Positions 17,037 through 26,435 of a DNA stretch of 29,194 nucleotides are shown piece by piece; the stretch's first letter is position 1, and each line of letters opens with the position of its first letter. The position numbers and the translations under genes are program-made. The notes under the pieces are model-generated. The model was not told the DNA's origin. It saw only the letters and a program-made list of their open reading frames with translations, and searched no databases. The DNA comes from Thermotogota bacterium (lineage in GTDB: Bacteria; Thermotogota; Thermotogae; Petrotogales; Petrotogaceae). The stretch lies in assembly GCA_051748045.1 (NCBI GenBank), contig JBNJGY010000013.1:9346-38539 (forward strand). The letters run 5' to 3'.

Positions 17037-18353
17037 ATGAATATTGGATTGATGCATTTTCGTGTAGGAGAAACTGATGGTGTTTCTCTTGAAATGTTTA
17101 AATGGAAAAATGTTTTAGAACAAATGAATCATAATGTATATTTAATCGCAGGAGAAACCGGAGGATTAGCTTCTCTACAAGTACCATCAATTTCATATAG
17201 AAATAAAAAGAACATTGAAATTAAAAATCATTCTTATATTTCTTTGAATGATTGGAAAGAAAATGATTTAATTGGAGAAAACGAAGCATATTACAGCGAA
17301 ATTTTAAGAGATTTGTTTAAATTACCTGATTTAGATGTTATTTTTGTCAATAATATTTTTTCTCTAGGACATAATTTAGCAGCCGCTAAAGCTGTTTATG
17401 AGTTTTCAAAAATAAAAAACATTAAACTTTTTGGCCATCATCATGATTTTTATTGGGAAAGAGACTTTTACTCTAATCCAACATCAGAATATGTTAATTA
17501 TTATTTGCAAAACTTTTTTCCACCAAAAGATATAGAAAACGTAGTGATTAATTCTATAGCTAGAGATTCATTACAAAACTATAAAGGGCTTAATTCAACA
17601 ATAGTTCCAAATGTTTTTGACTTTTCAGGAAATTTGTGGAAGAGAGATGCTTATAATTCTAAAATAATAGAACTTTTAGAAATAAAAGATAATGATCTCA
17701 TATTTTTACAAGCAACAAGAATTGTACAAAGAAAAGCTATAGAATTAGCAATCGATACCTTGTCTAAAGTTGTTGAAAATCTAGAGAAACACTACAGAAA
17801 TATAACTTATAACGGTAAAAAAATAGATAAAGATTCTAAAATTTATTTAGTTCTACCTGGGTTAAATGAGGAAAATAATTATACTAAAAAATTAAAAGAA
17901 TATTCAAAGGTTAAGAATGTTAATATGATTTTTGCTGAAGAATTGTGTGAAGATAAAAGAAATGAAGAAAAGGGGATTTTTTCACTATGGGATTTTTATG
18001 CTATATCTGATTTTATAACTTATCCGAGCGTTAAAGAAGGTTTTGGAAACCAATTTTTAGAAGCTGTCTTCGCAAAAAAACCTATACTTATATTTAATTA
18101 TCCAGTTTACGATAAGGATATAGGCCCTTTAGGATTTAAAACTGTTAGTTTAGGAAATAAAGCTAATAAAAAAGAAGATTTCTATGAAGTTCCTGATAAT
18201 AAAATAAAATCAGCCTCCAAAGAAATCCTCGAGATTATTTTTGATAGAGAAAAAGCTTTTGATTATATAGAAACAAACTATAAACTTGCAAAAAAACATT
18301 TTTCTTATGATTCATTAGAAAAGAAATTATCTATATTACTAAAAAGAATATAA
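17037..18353 (+). CDS. mggS: GT4 glycosyltransferase, mannosylglucosylglycerate synthase-like
   Basis: DGVSLEMxKW, NNIFSLG, HHHDFYWER, FPP, LQATRI..RK.IEL, YPSxxEGFGNQxLEA as recalled for Thermotogales MggS; ATG 17037 after AAGGGGTGA. Confidence 0.75.
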   Translation: MNIGLMHFRVGETDGVSLEMFKWKNVLEQMNHNVYLIAGETGGLASLQVPSISYRNKKNIEIKNHSYISLNDWKENDLIGENEAYYSEILRDLFKLPDLDVIFVNNIFSLGHNLAAAKAVYEFSKIKNIKLFGHHHDFYWERDFYSNPTSEYVNYYLQNFFPPKDIENVVINSIARDSLQNYKGLNSTIVPNVFDFSGNLWKRDAYNSKIIELLEIKDNDLIFLQATRIVQRKAIELAIDTLSKVVENLEKHYRNITYNGKKIDKDSKIYLVLPGLNEENNYTKKLKEYSKVKNVNMIFAEELCEDKRNEEKGIFSLWDFYAISDFITYPSVKEGFGNQFLEAVFAKKPILIFNYPVYDKDIGPLGFKTVSLGNKANKKEDFYEVPDNKIKSASKEILEIIFDREKAFDYIETNYKLAKKHFSYDSLEKKLSILLKRI

Positions 18354-18357
18354 TTTG

Positions 18358-19851
18358 CTATTTTTTAATGTATCTGTTTATTATTTGCTTTATTTTTTCT
18401 TTACAAATTGGTTTTAATAAAAAATCGTCAGCACCTATTTCACTAATCTCTTCAGGGGTATGGTTTTTTGAAGAAATATAAATTATATAAGAACTATTTA
18501 ATAACTCATGTGATGACTTGATGATATTAATAGTTTCAAGTCCATTCATTATAGGCATATCAGAATCTACAAAAATTAAATCATAATCATGCTGTTTTAT
18601 GAGTTCAAGGCCATCTTTTCCGTTTAAGGCTGTTCCGAATGTATATCCATATGATTTAAATATTTTTTTTGCTAGCATTAAATTTACTTCATTATCATCA
18701 ATGAATAAAACATTAATATCCTTATTATTATTAATATTTGAATTTTCGTTATTTCTAGATATTTTAAAAGGTATTTCAACTTCGATTGAAGTACCTTTAT
18801 TTTTTTCACTTTGGATTTTAACTTTCCCTTCCATTAAAGCTAAAAGTTTATTAACAATAAATAAACCTAACCCAGTTCCACCAAATTTTCTTCTAATTGA
18901 TACTTCTTCTTGAGAAAACGCCTCAAAAATTTTTTCTAGCTTTGATTTGTCTATTCCAATTCCAGTATCAACAATTGAAAAAATAAGAATAGCAATATCC
19001 TTTTTTATTTCTTTTAAAGAAAATTCCATTTTAATGAAGCCACTCTTTGTAAATTTGAAAGAGTTTGATAACAAATTATCCAAAATTTGCCTTAATCTCA
19101 TAGGATCGCCTATTAAGCTGTCTGGAATATCATCATCATAATCTATTTCAAAATTTATATCTTTTGAAAAAGATTTTGACTTATAGGATAAATAGAGAGA
19201 ATTATATATTTTAAGTGGAGAAAATTTTATTTTATCTAAATCCATTTTATTTGCTTCAATCTTCGATAAATCTAATAGTTCATCCAACATATTTAAAATA
19301 TGGTATGAAGAATCTCTCATAGTTTTTAGTAATTCTTGATTTTCTTTTGATTCAGCTGTTTCTTTCAAAAGATCTATAATTCCAATAATACCGTTTAAAG
19401 GATTTTTTATTTCATGTGAAATATTACCAAGAAATTTACTCTTAGCTTTATTTGCTTTGTCTGCTTCATCCGCAGCTTTTTTTAGTTTTTTTTCCATTTG
19501 TTTAGAATGAGAAATATCAGTTAAAAGAGCAATAACCCCTATAATGTTATTTTCTTCATCATAATAAGGTGCTCCAGAAATTAAAACAGGAATCCTATTT
19601 CCAGTTTTAGATATTAAAACGGCTTCATAACTCGATTCATTCCCCTTCAATCTTTCATTGAATATCTTTTTGACATCTACCCCATCAATTTTTTCTGTTA
19701 GGTCAAATAGATTATATTTTTCTAAATCGCTGGTTGAATATTCAACCATTTCTAAAAACTTTTTATTAAAATATTCAAAATTTCCTTTATCATCTAGAAT
19801 AACTAATCCTTGACCAAGATGATTCATTATTTGGTTTGACATCTGTTTCAT
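18358..19851 (-). CDS. Cytoplasmic PAS hybrid histidine kinase with receiver domain
   Basis: PAS/PAC, SHEIKNPL, GDPMRLRQILDNLLSN, DTGIGI, GGTGLGL, receiver DDN..DSDMP..KP. Confidence 0.93.
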   Translation of the reverse strand: MKQMSNQIMNHLGQGLVILDDKGNFEYFNKKFLEMVEYSTSDLEKYNLFDLTEKIDGVDVKKIFNERLKGNESSYEAVLISKTGNRIPVLISGAPYYDEENNIIGVIALLTDISHSKQMEKKLKKAADEADKANKAKSKFLGNISHEIKNPLNGIIGIIDLLKETAESKENQELLKTMRDSSYHILNMLDELLDLSKIEANKMDLDKIKFSPLKIYNSLYLSYKSKSFSKDINFEIDYDDDIPDSLIGDPMRLRQILDNLLSNSFKFTKSGFIKMEFSLKEIKKDIAILIFSIVDTGIGIDKSKLEKIFEAFSQEEVSIRRKFGGTGLGLFIVNKLLALMEGKVKIQSEKNKGTSIEVEIPFKISRNNENSNINNNKDINVLFIDDNEVNLMLAKKIFKSYGYTFGTALNGKDGLELIKQHDYDLIFVDSDMPIMNGLETINIIKSSHELLNSSYIIYISSKNHTPEEISEIGADDFLLKPICKEKIKQIINRYIKK

Positions 19852-19930
19852 TTTTTTCAGCCCCTATAATAATATCTATTAAATAATATTATACCTCAAA
19901 ACACCTATAATTAATTAAACAGTTGATATA

Positions 19931-21229
19931 TTAATCAACTAATCTTTTAGCTATTATCTTTTTAATTCTTCTTTTATCCACATTTTGAACTTTTAAATTC
20001 CACCCATTCACATTTATTTCTTCACCAACTTCTGGTATGTGGTTTAATCTATTCATAACAAAACCAGCCAAAGTATCATAATTTTTAGAATCTGGTATCT
20101 TTATATTTAATGTTTTATTTAAATGCTTTATATATATATTACCTTCTACAGAATATATACCTTCTCCTATCTTTTTTATTTCTGGTATTTCTTCAAGATC
20201 ATGTTCATCTTTTATGTCCCCCACTATTTCTTCTAATAAGTTTTCCATAGTAATAATTCCTGAAGTACCACCAAACTCATCACTTACAATAGCCATATGT
20301 TTATTGACTTTTTTAAAGTATGTAAGCATATCAACAGAAGTTTTGGTTTCAGGAACAAAATGAACATCTGTCATAATATCTTTTGCTTTTAAATTTTTTA
20401 CATCTTGATTTAATTGAGTGATAATATCTCTTACATGAACTATACCCAAAATATCATCTAAATTATCTCCTATCACAGGGAATCTCGATAAACCTTTATT
20501 AGAAACCTTTTTCATTATACAAGGTATATCATCTTCACTCTTTACAAAAATAATATCTGGCCTTGGTGTCATTATATCTTTTACTCTTGTATCTCCAAAG
20601 TCTAAAGCTTTACCTATTATATTTTTTTCTTCATCTCTAATCATTTTCGCTTCATAGAGCATGTGTTTTAAATCTTCTTCAGTAACTTCGTCTTCATTCT
20701 CTGCTTTTGCTCCTGGAATCAAGAATAAAACAGCTGTAGTGGAAATTGATAATAATTTAACAAGAGGATAAGTTACTATCCCTAATCCTTTTATAATAGG
20801 TGAAGAAAACATAGAAATACTTTCTGGCCACCTCAAAGCCAATTGTTTAGGAACTAGTTCTCCAAGAACTAAAGTTATATAAGAAATAAATAAAGTCATC
20901 AAAAAAACAGAAATAGAATATGCGTTATTTGCAATAAAACCTAAAGGAATTTCATTTATCAGTTCGCTAAAAGGCTCTGCAAGAGTTACTGCTGCGGAAG
21001 CACTAGCTAAAAAACCTGCTAAAGTAATACCTATTTGTATAGTAGATAAAAATCTTTTTGAGTTTTTTAGTACTTCTAAAGTTACCATAGCTTTTTTATT
21101 TCCCTTTTTTTCTAGAGCTTTTAATTTAGATTTTTTTGCAGTTAATAAAGCTATTTCGACCATGGCAAAATAACCATTAAGTATCACCAACAAAGCAATT
21201 AATAAAAATTGCCTACCAACATCTTCCAT
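19931..21229 (-). CDS. HlyC/CorC (CNNM-CBS-CorC) family transporter
   Basis: FLSTIQIGIT, GELVPK, IMTPR, SRFPV, DEFGGTSG, DTLAGFV. Confidence 0.94.
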   Translation of the reverse strand: MEDVGRQFLLIALLVILNGYFAMVEIALLTAKKSKLKALEKKGNKKAMVTLEVLKNSKRFLSTIQIGITLAGFLASASAAVTLAEPFSELINEIPLGFIANNAYSISVFLMTLFISYITLVLGELVPKQLALRWPESISMFSSPIIKGLGIVTYPLVKLLSISTTAVLFLIPGAKAENEDEVTEEDLKHMLYEAKMIRDEEKNIIGKALDFGDTRVKDIMTPRPDIIFVKSEDDIPCIMKKVSNKGLSRFPVIGDNLDDILGIVHVRDIITQLNQDVKNLKAKDIMTDVHFVPETKTSVDMLTYFKKVNKHMAIVSDEFGGTSGIITMENLLEEIVGDIKDEHDLEEIPEIKKIGEGIYSVEGNIYIKHLNKTLNIKIPDSKNYDTLAGFVMNRLNHIPEVGEEINVNGWNLKVQNVDKRRIKKIIAKRLVD

Positions 21230-21342
21230 TCAATCATCACCTCTTAGTTTTTAATCTAACAAATAAATTATAACAATAAATGTAAATCTTTTAAAATGAC
21301 TAGATTATAACTTATTTATTACATTTCTTAAAATAAAATTTA

Positions 21343-21371
21343 TTGACAATTTTTAATTTCTATGATATAAT
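21343..21371 (+). promoter_or_regulatory. Consensus promoter with extended -10
   Basis: TTGACA-N17-TATAAT with TGn before -10. Confidence 0.85.
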
Positions 21372-21394
21372 TGTAAATGTAAAATTGATTTTTT

Positions 21395-21426
21395 AACCAG
21401 TCAACTATGTTGGCTGGTTTTTATTT
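21395..21426 (+). terminator. Terminator-like hairpin in 5' leader of C45 gene
   Basis: aaccagtcaac-tat-gttggctggtt then T-rich tail, directly before GGAGG. Confidence 0.65.
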
Positions 21427-21437
21427 ATGGAGGAAAG

Positions 21438-23102
21438 ATGATGAAAAAAATCACATATTTTGCATTAATATGTTTTGTTATTATGTTTTCAATATTTTCT
21501 GTGTTTATTTTTTCACCTATTGATTACAAACATTCGGAAGAAATAAACACTATAAATAGCTCAATACAACAGATTGAAGTCCTTAAGATTGTTAATTTAA
21601 AAGAATCATCTAATTATAAAAAGGGGTTTGCTCACGGGAAATTGCTAAAAGAAGAAATATCTGATCTTAATAATTCAATAAATGAAATATTAGAGGATAA
21701 AAAAATTGATTCTTTCATATCTAAAATAAAGTTAAGAATTTTAATGAAATTTTATTTTTCAAAAACACCTGAATATATTAAAGAAGAAATAAAAGGAATT
21801 TCAGATGCTTCTAATATTGATTATGAAAGAATTTATTTACTGAATGTTTTTGATGATATATTTAACACAGCAATGTGCACAAATATAGCAGCTTTTGGAG
21901 AAAAAACTGAGGGTAATTCGTTGATACATGGAAGAAATTTAGATTATCTTTTCCAAAAATACACTTGGAATAAGGCTGTGATTTTTAATTATTCAAATAA
22001 AAATTCCAATTCATTTGTTTCTATTAATTACCCAGGTATGGTAGGAACTCTAACTGCTATGAATGATAAAGGAATTACATTAGGCTCACTCACCTCAGAA
22101 ATTAAAAAAAATAATGTTTTTGGAATACCAACAGGGTTTTTATACAGAAACGTTATTAAAAATGCTGACAATATAGAAGATGTTAGTAATATTTTAAACG
22201 ACAACAAAACTACTATTGGAAACAATTTAATGGTTACTTCAAAAAATAATAATTTAGGAGTGGTTTTCGAAATAACTCCTAATAAAATTTATATGAGAGA
22301 AGCTAATTCTGTTATATCAGCAGCTAATCATTTTGAAGTTTTACAAAATCAAAACAAAAATGTTTTAGAAAGTAGTGTCTACAGAGCAAATTGGTCAAAA
22401 GAACTTCTTTCAAAATTCGATTTTATTGATGTTGAATATATTATAAATATTTTAAGAGACTTAGAAGTTAACCAACCAAATGGAGAACCAATTGCAAATA
22501 AGAGAAATGTTATATCAGCTGTTTTTTTACCTAATAAAAACCATTTTTTCTTAGCTACAAATGAAGTAGTACCTGCTTCTCATGGTAGATTTTTTCACTT
22601 TAAATATGAGAATAAAACTATTTCATTAATAGATATTTTGGATCCAGGAGTTGAATTCCTTAATTTTAAAAACTATAACTTTAATAAAAAATATGATAGC
22701 AAAAATATTGAGAAAATAAAATATTATGCTGATGTTTTTTTAAAATCTGATTCACTATATAAGCCTTATAAATATTCATCAACAATAGAATTTTTATTAA
22801 GCAATGAAATAACTATAAATATTGATAAATATATTTCTTATTTATATAAATATATTGAAACAGAGGATAGTAGAAACTTTGATAAAAATGATTATAAAAA
22901 ATCAGTAGAAACATATTTCGATAAATATAATAAAGATTCATTATTAGATAATTTTTATATTCAAAAGAATAATTTTTATTATTCTTGGTTTATATTTATT
23001 GAAAAAGGTGAAAATGATTATTTACATGATATAATTAATAATGTTAACTATTATGAATGGTTAAGGAAATGGGCTGAAGAATTATTACATGGGGGGATTT
23101 AA
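21438..23102 (+). CDS. C45-family Ntn hydrolase (acyl-CoA:6-APA acyltransferase/NAAA-like), N-terminal membrane anchor
   Basis: GFAHG, EEIKGISDA, AMCT autoproteolytic Cys, HGRNLDY, MNDKG, ANHF. Confidence 0.85.
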   Translation: MMKKITYFALICFVIMFSIFSVFIFSPIDYKHSEEINTINSSIQQIEVLKIVNLKESSNYKKGFAHGKLLKEEISDLNNSINEILEDKKIDSFISKIKLRILMKFYFSKTPEYIKEEIKGISDASNIDYERIYLLNVFDDIFNTAMCTNIAAFGEKTEGNSLIHGRNLDYLFQKYTWNKAVIFNYSNKNSNSFVSINYPGMVGTLTAMNDKGITLGSLTSEIKKNNVFGIPTGFLYRNVIKNADNIEDVSNILNDNKTTIGNNLMVTSKNNNLGVVFEITPNKIYMREANSVISAANHFEVLQNQNKNVLESSVYRANWSKELLSKFDFIDVEYIINILRDLEVNQPNGEPIANKRNVISAVFLPNKNHFFLATNEVVPASHGRFFHFKYENKTISLIDILDPGVEFLNFKNYNFNKKYDSKNIEKIKYYADVFLKSDSLYKPYKYSSTIEFLLSNEITINIDKYISYLYKYIETEDSRNFDKNDYKKSVETYFDKYNKDSLLDNFYIQKNNFYYSWFIFIEKGENDYLHDIINNVNYYEWLRKWAEELLHGGI

Positions 23103-23558
23103 ATGGTTGATTTCATTTATAAACCATATGAGGATAAGTATTTAGATAAAGTAGCAAAAACTTTTATTGAAGTTTTTTCAAAAGAACCCTGGAATGATAG
23201 ATGGCCTTCTATTGAAAAAGCTAAAGAATATTTAAAAGGTTATATCGACGCTCCTAATTTTAAAGGTTTTTTGGTCTTGAATAACAAAGATCACATAATA
23301 GCCTTTTCTTTTGGTGATATTAGAAAATGGTGGTCTGGTGACGAATACATGATACACGAATATGGTGTATCTCCTTCTTTTCAAGGAGAAGGATTTGGAG
23401 TAGCTTTTATGGATTATATTCAAAGAGAATTAATAAAAAAAGGGGTTAGGGTAATAATACTTAATACTGGTAAAGGAACCCCAGCGGAATATTTTTATAA
23501 AAAAGAGGGTTTTGAAGAAAATGAAGATAATATTTTTTTGTATAAAGTAATTAGGTAG
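23103..23558 (+). CDS. GNAT N-acetyltransferase
   Basis: FSKEPWND, VSPSFQGEGFG, FYKKEGF; ATG abuts upstream stop. Confidence 0.9.
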   Translation: MVDFIYKPYEDKYLDKVAKTFIEVFSKEPWNDRWPSIEKAKEYLKGYIDAPNFKGFLVLNNKDHIIAFSFGDIRKWWSGDEYMIHEYGVSPSFQGEGFGVAFMDYIQRELIKKGVRVIILNTGKGTPAEYFYKKEGFEENEDNIFLYKVIR

Positions 23559-23580
23559 CCATTTTAATTGGCTACTTTTT
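23555..23580 (+). terminator. Intrinsic terminator
   Basis: gtagcca-N7-tggctac plus T run. Confidence 0.7.
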
Positions 23581-23642
23581 ATTTTTGATTTAATTTAATG
23601 TTATAATATATTAACACCGATTTTTGGTTTGGGGGAATATTT

Positions 23643-26435
23643 ATGAAAAAAATAAAAATTTTAATTTTTTTACTAATTATATCTTTTTCTTTTTCTAGTC
23701 AAAAAATTCAGAATTATCCATTTTATGATAATTATTCTAATTTGAATATAACTCAAATATATCAAGACCATTATGACTTCTTATGGTTAGGCACAGATTA
23801 TGGAATTTATAGGTTTGATGGAGATAAATCAAAATCATTTTTCCCTAATGCAAATAATTCTAAATCTCTAAAGGGCGAAAAAATCAATTATATATTTGGG
23901 GATTCTTCACAAAATCTATGGATAGCAACAAATTTAGGGTTAAATCTTTTTAATTATTCAAAAGATTCTTTTGATTTTTATCATAACGAAAATATGAACA
24001 ACCATTTTCTTTCTGTTGCAGAATTTGATGATAGCTTATTAATAGGTACATCTAGTGGGTTATTATTATTTGACAAAAATGATGAATCTTTTCAAAAAGT
24101 GTCTGAAAATTTAGATATCTTTACAATAAATGATATAGACATTCACGAAACATCTTTTTGGCTATCTACAAATAAAGGATTAGTCAAATATAACCAAAAA
24201 AATGATGATATAGAAATATATTCCTCTAATAAGCGTATTAAAAAATCTGTTTTGATAGATGATACATTTTGGTATATAACTGATAAAGGGTTACATAAAT
24301 ATGACATTAAAAATGCCACCAAAACAGAATTTTTGGATTTTTATGAGTTTAATTCATTAACTATAAACAAAAAAGAATTATGGCTAAGTACAAATTCAAA
24401 TAAAATTATCAAATTTAATTCTAATTCATTAAACTATGAAATCATTGATTTATCTAGTTCTATTTATTATATTTATAAAGATAAATATGATTTTATTTGG
24501 ATATCCAACAAAAAATATGGTTTATCAAGAATGAATATAAATTCTCCTTTTGAAAATATATCTTTCTCTTTAAAAGAAAACCTCAGTTCTATATCAATAG
24601 ACAACGACAACTTTATCTGGTTGGGAAACAACGATGGAAATTTAAAACGATTTAACCCTTTTTCCGATAATTGGGAAGAGATAGAAACAGATTTAAATAC
24701 TATAAAATATTTATCAGACAATGGAACTTCACTAATTCTGGGAACTAATAATGGTTTATTCTCATTAAATAAAAAAGATTTTTCTATAAATCAAGTATCA
24801 ACTAAAAACCTTTCTATTACAAGTATTTTAGAAAATTCTAATAATGAATTCTGGATAGGTTCAGATAATGGGCTATTTTTATTAAAAAACAATTCACTTA
24901 AAATTTTAATTGAAAATATAAGTATTAATAAAATTATTAAAGATAAAGATTCTTTATGGATCATAGATAATAAAAATAAAGTGATCAAATATGAAATCTT
25001 TACAGAAGATACAATCACCTATGAAGATATATTCATAGAAACAATTAAAATAAATAATTTTATAAAGATTAATAATAATTTATACTTTTCAAGTAATCAC
25101 GGAATAGTCAAATATGATTTAGAAAGTTATGATACGACTTATTTAGATATAGATGACGGATTAGCCTCTAATAATATTAAAACCTTAACAATGGACACAT
25201 ATGGGAATATATGGGCGAGCACTGATAGAGGTATCAGTAAATTTTTTGTTTTTGAAAATAGATTTCTAAATTATGATTTAGATGACGGGGTAATATTTAA
25301 TAATTTTATAGAAGGAAAACATTTGAATTACAATAACCAAATTTATTTTCTATCTAAAAATGGAATAACAAACTTTTATATAAACGATGTTAAAACAAAT
25401 ATAAGATTTCACCCTATAATCATAAGTAGCATAGAAACTGAAGATCAAAAGCATTTTTTAACTTCTTCAAAAGAACTAAAAATAAAAGATAATTCTTTCA
25501 AAATCCAGTTTTTGTCTGCTGATTTTAATAATGAAATTCAATATAGATATAAGCTTCTTAACTTTGATGAAGAATGGAAATATACATCACAAAATTCTAT
25601 TTATTTTTCAATGCTTCCTCAAGGAGAATATAAATTTATAATCCAAACTGTAGATAATTCAGGAAAATGGGTAGGGAAAGAAAAAATCTTAAACTTGAAA
25701 GTTTCTTATAGTATTTTTAAAACAAGGTATGCGTTTGCTTTTTATATTATTTCTATTCTCTCTTTTATCTCCATATTTATTTATTTTACATTTTTAAAAC
25801 AAAAATCTAAATATGAAACTAAAACAAAACAATTAATAAGGCAGCATATAGAAGAATCTCAAGAGAATAGTAACCATCTAGAAAAATTGAATAAAAGAAT
25901 TGAAAAACTTTCTTCATATGATCCTTTGACAGGAATACAAAATTTAAGACTATTTGATGAAATAGTTGAAAGAGAATGGAATCTTGCAAAAAGAAAGAAA
26001 TATCCACTAACCCTTATTTTAATAGATTTAGATTATTTTAAAAACTATAATGATGAATACGGACATTTAAAGGGCGACGAAGTCTTAATCGATGTAGCTC
26101 AATCTTTAAAAAAATGCTTAAGAAGAGCAACAGACCATGTTTTTAGATATTCAGGGGAAAAATTTGCAGCCGTGTTACCAGATACCGATGAGCCTGGAGC
26201 AAAAGTAGTTGCTTATAACATGAAAAATGCTGTAGATAAATTAAACATCCCTCATATAAAATCAAAAGTATCTGATCATATTACAGTTTCAATAGGCACC
26301 TCCACCAGGACACCTTCTGATCAAATGGACATAGAAACATTTATATCAGAAACTGAAAGCTCTCTTATAGACGCTAAAAATAAAGGAAGAGATAATATCG
26401 TTCAGCATTCAGATAAAGAACCAGGAGACTCTTAA
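23643..26435 (+). CDS. Beta-propeller/Y_Y_Y sensor with GGDEF domain (variant SGEKF motif)
   Basis: Signal peptide, LWLGTDYGIYRFDG-type repeats, YRYKLLNFDEEW, TM, DPLTG, DLDYFKNYNDEYGH, RATD..RYSGEKF. Confidence 0.9.
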   Translation: MKKIKILIFLLIISFSFSSQKIQNYPFYDNYSNLNITQIYQDHYDFLWLGTDYGIYRFDGDKSKSFFPNANNSKSLKGEKINYIFGDSSQNLWIATNLGLNLFNYSKDSFDFYHNENMNNHFLSVAEFDDSLLIGTSSGLLLFDKNDESFQKVSENLDIFTINDIDIHETSFWLSTNKGLVKYNQKNDDIEIYSSNKRIKKSVLIDDTFWYITDKGLHKYDIKNATKTEFLDFYEFNSLTINKKELWLSTNSNKIIKFNSNSLNYEIIDLSSSIYYIYKDKYDFIWISNKKYGLSRMNINSPFENISFSLKENLSSISIDNDNFIWLGNNDGNLKRFNPFSDNWEEIETDLNTIKYLSDNGTSLILGTNNGLFSLNKKDFSINQVSTKNLSITSILENSNNEFWIGSDNGLFLLKNNSLKILIENISINKIIKDKDSLWIIDNKNKVIKYEIFTEDTITYEDIFIETIKINNFIKINNNLYFSSNHGIVKYDLESYDTTYLDIDDGLASNNIKTLTMDTYGNIWASTDRGISKFFVFENRFLNYDLDDGVIFNNFIEGKHLNYNNQIYFLSKNGITNFYINDVKTNIRFHPIIISSIETEDQKHFLTSSKELKIKDNSFKIQFLSADFNNEIQYRYKLLNFDEEWKYTSQNSIYFSMLPQGEYKFIIQTVDNSGKWVGKEKILNLKVSYSIFKTRYAFAFYIISILSFISIFIYFTFLKQKSKYETKTKQLIRQHIEESQENSNHLEKLNKRIEKLSSYDPLTGIQNLRLFDEIVEREWNLAKRKKYPLTLILIDLDYFKNYNDEYGHLKGDEVLIDVAQSLKKCLRRATDHVFRYSGEKFAAVLPDTDEPGAKVVAYNMKNAVDKLNIPHIKSKVSDHITVSIGTSTRTPSDQMDIETFISETESSLIDAKNKGRDNIVQHSDKEPGDS

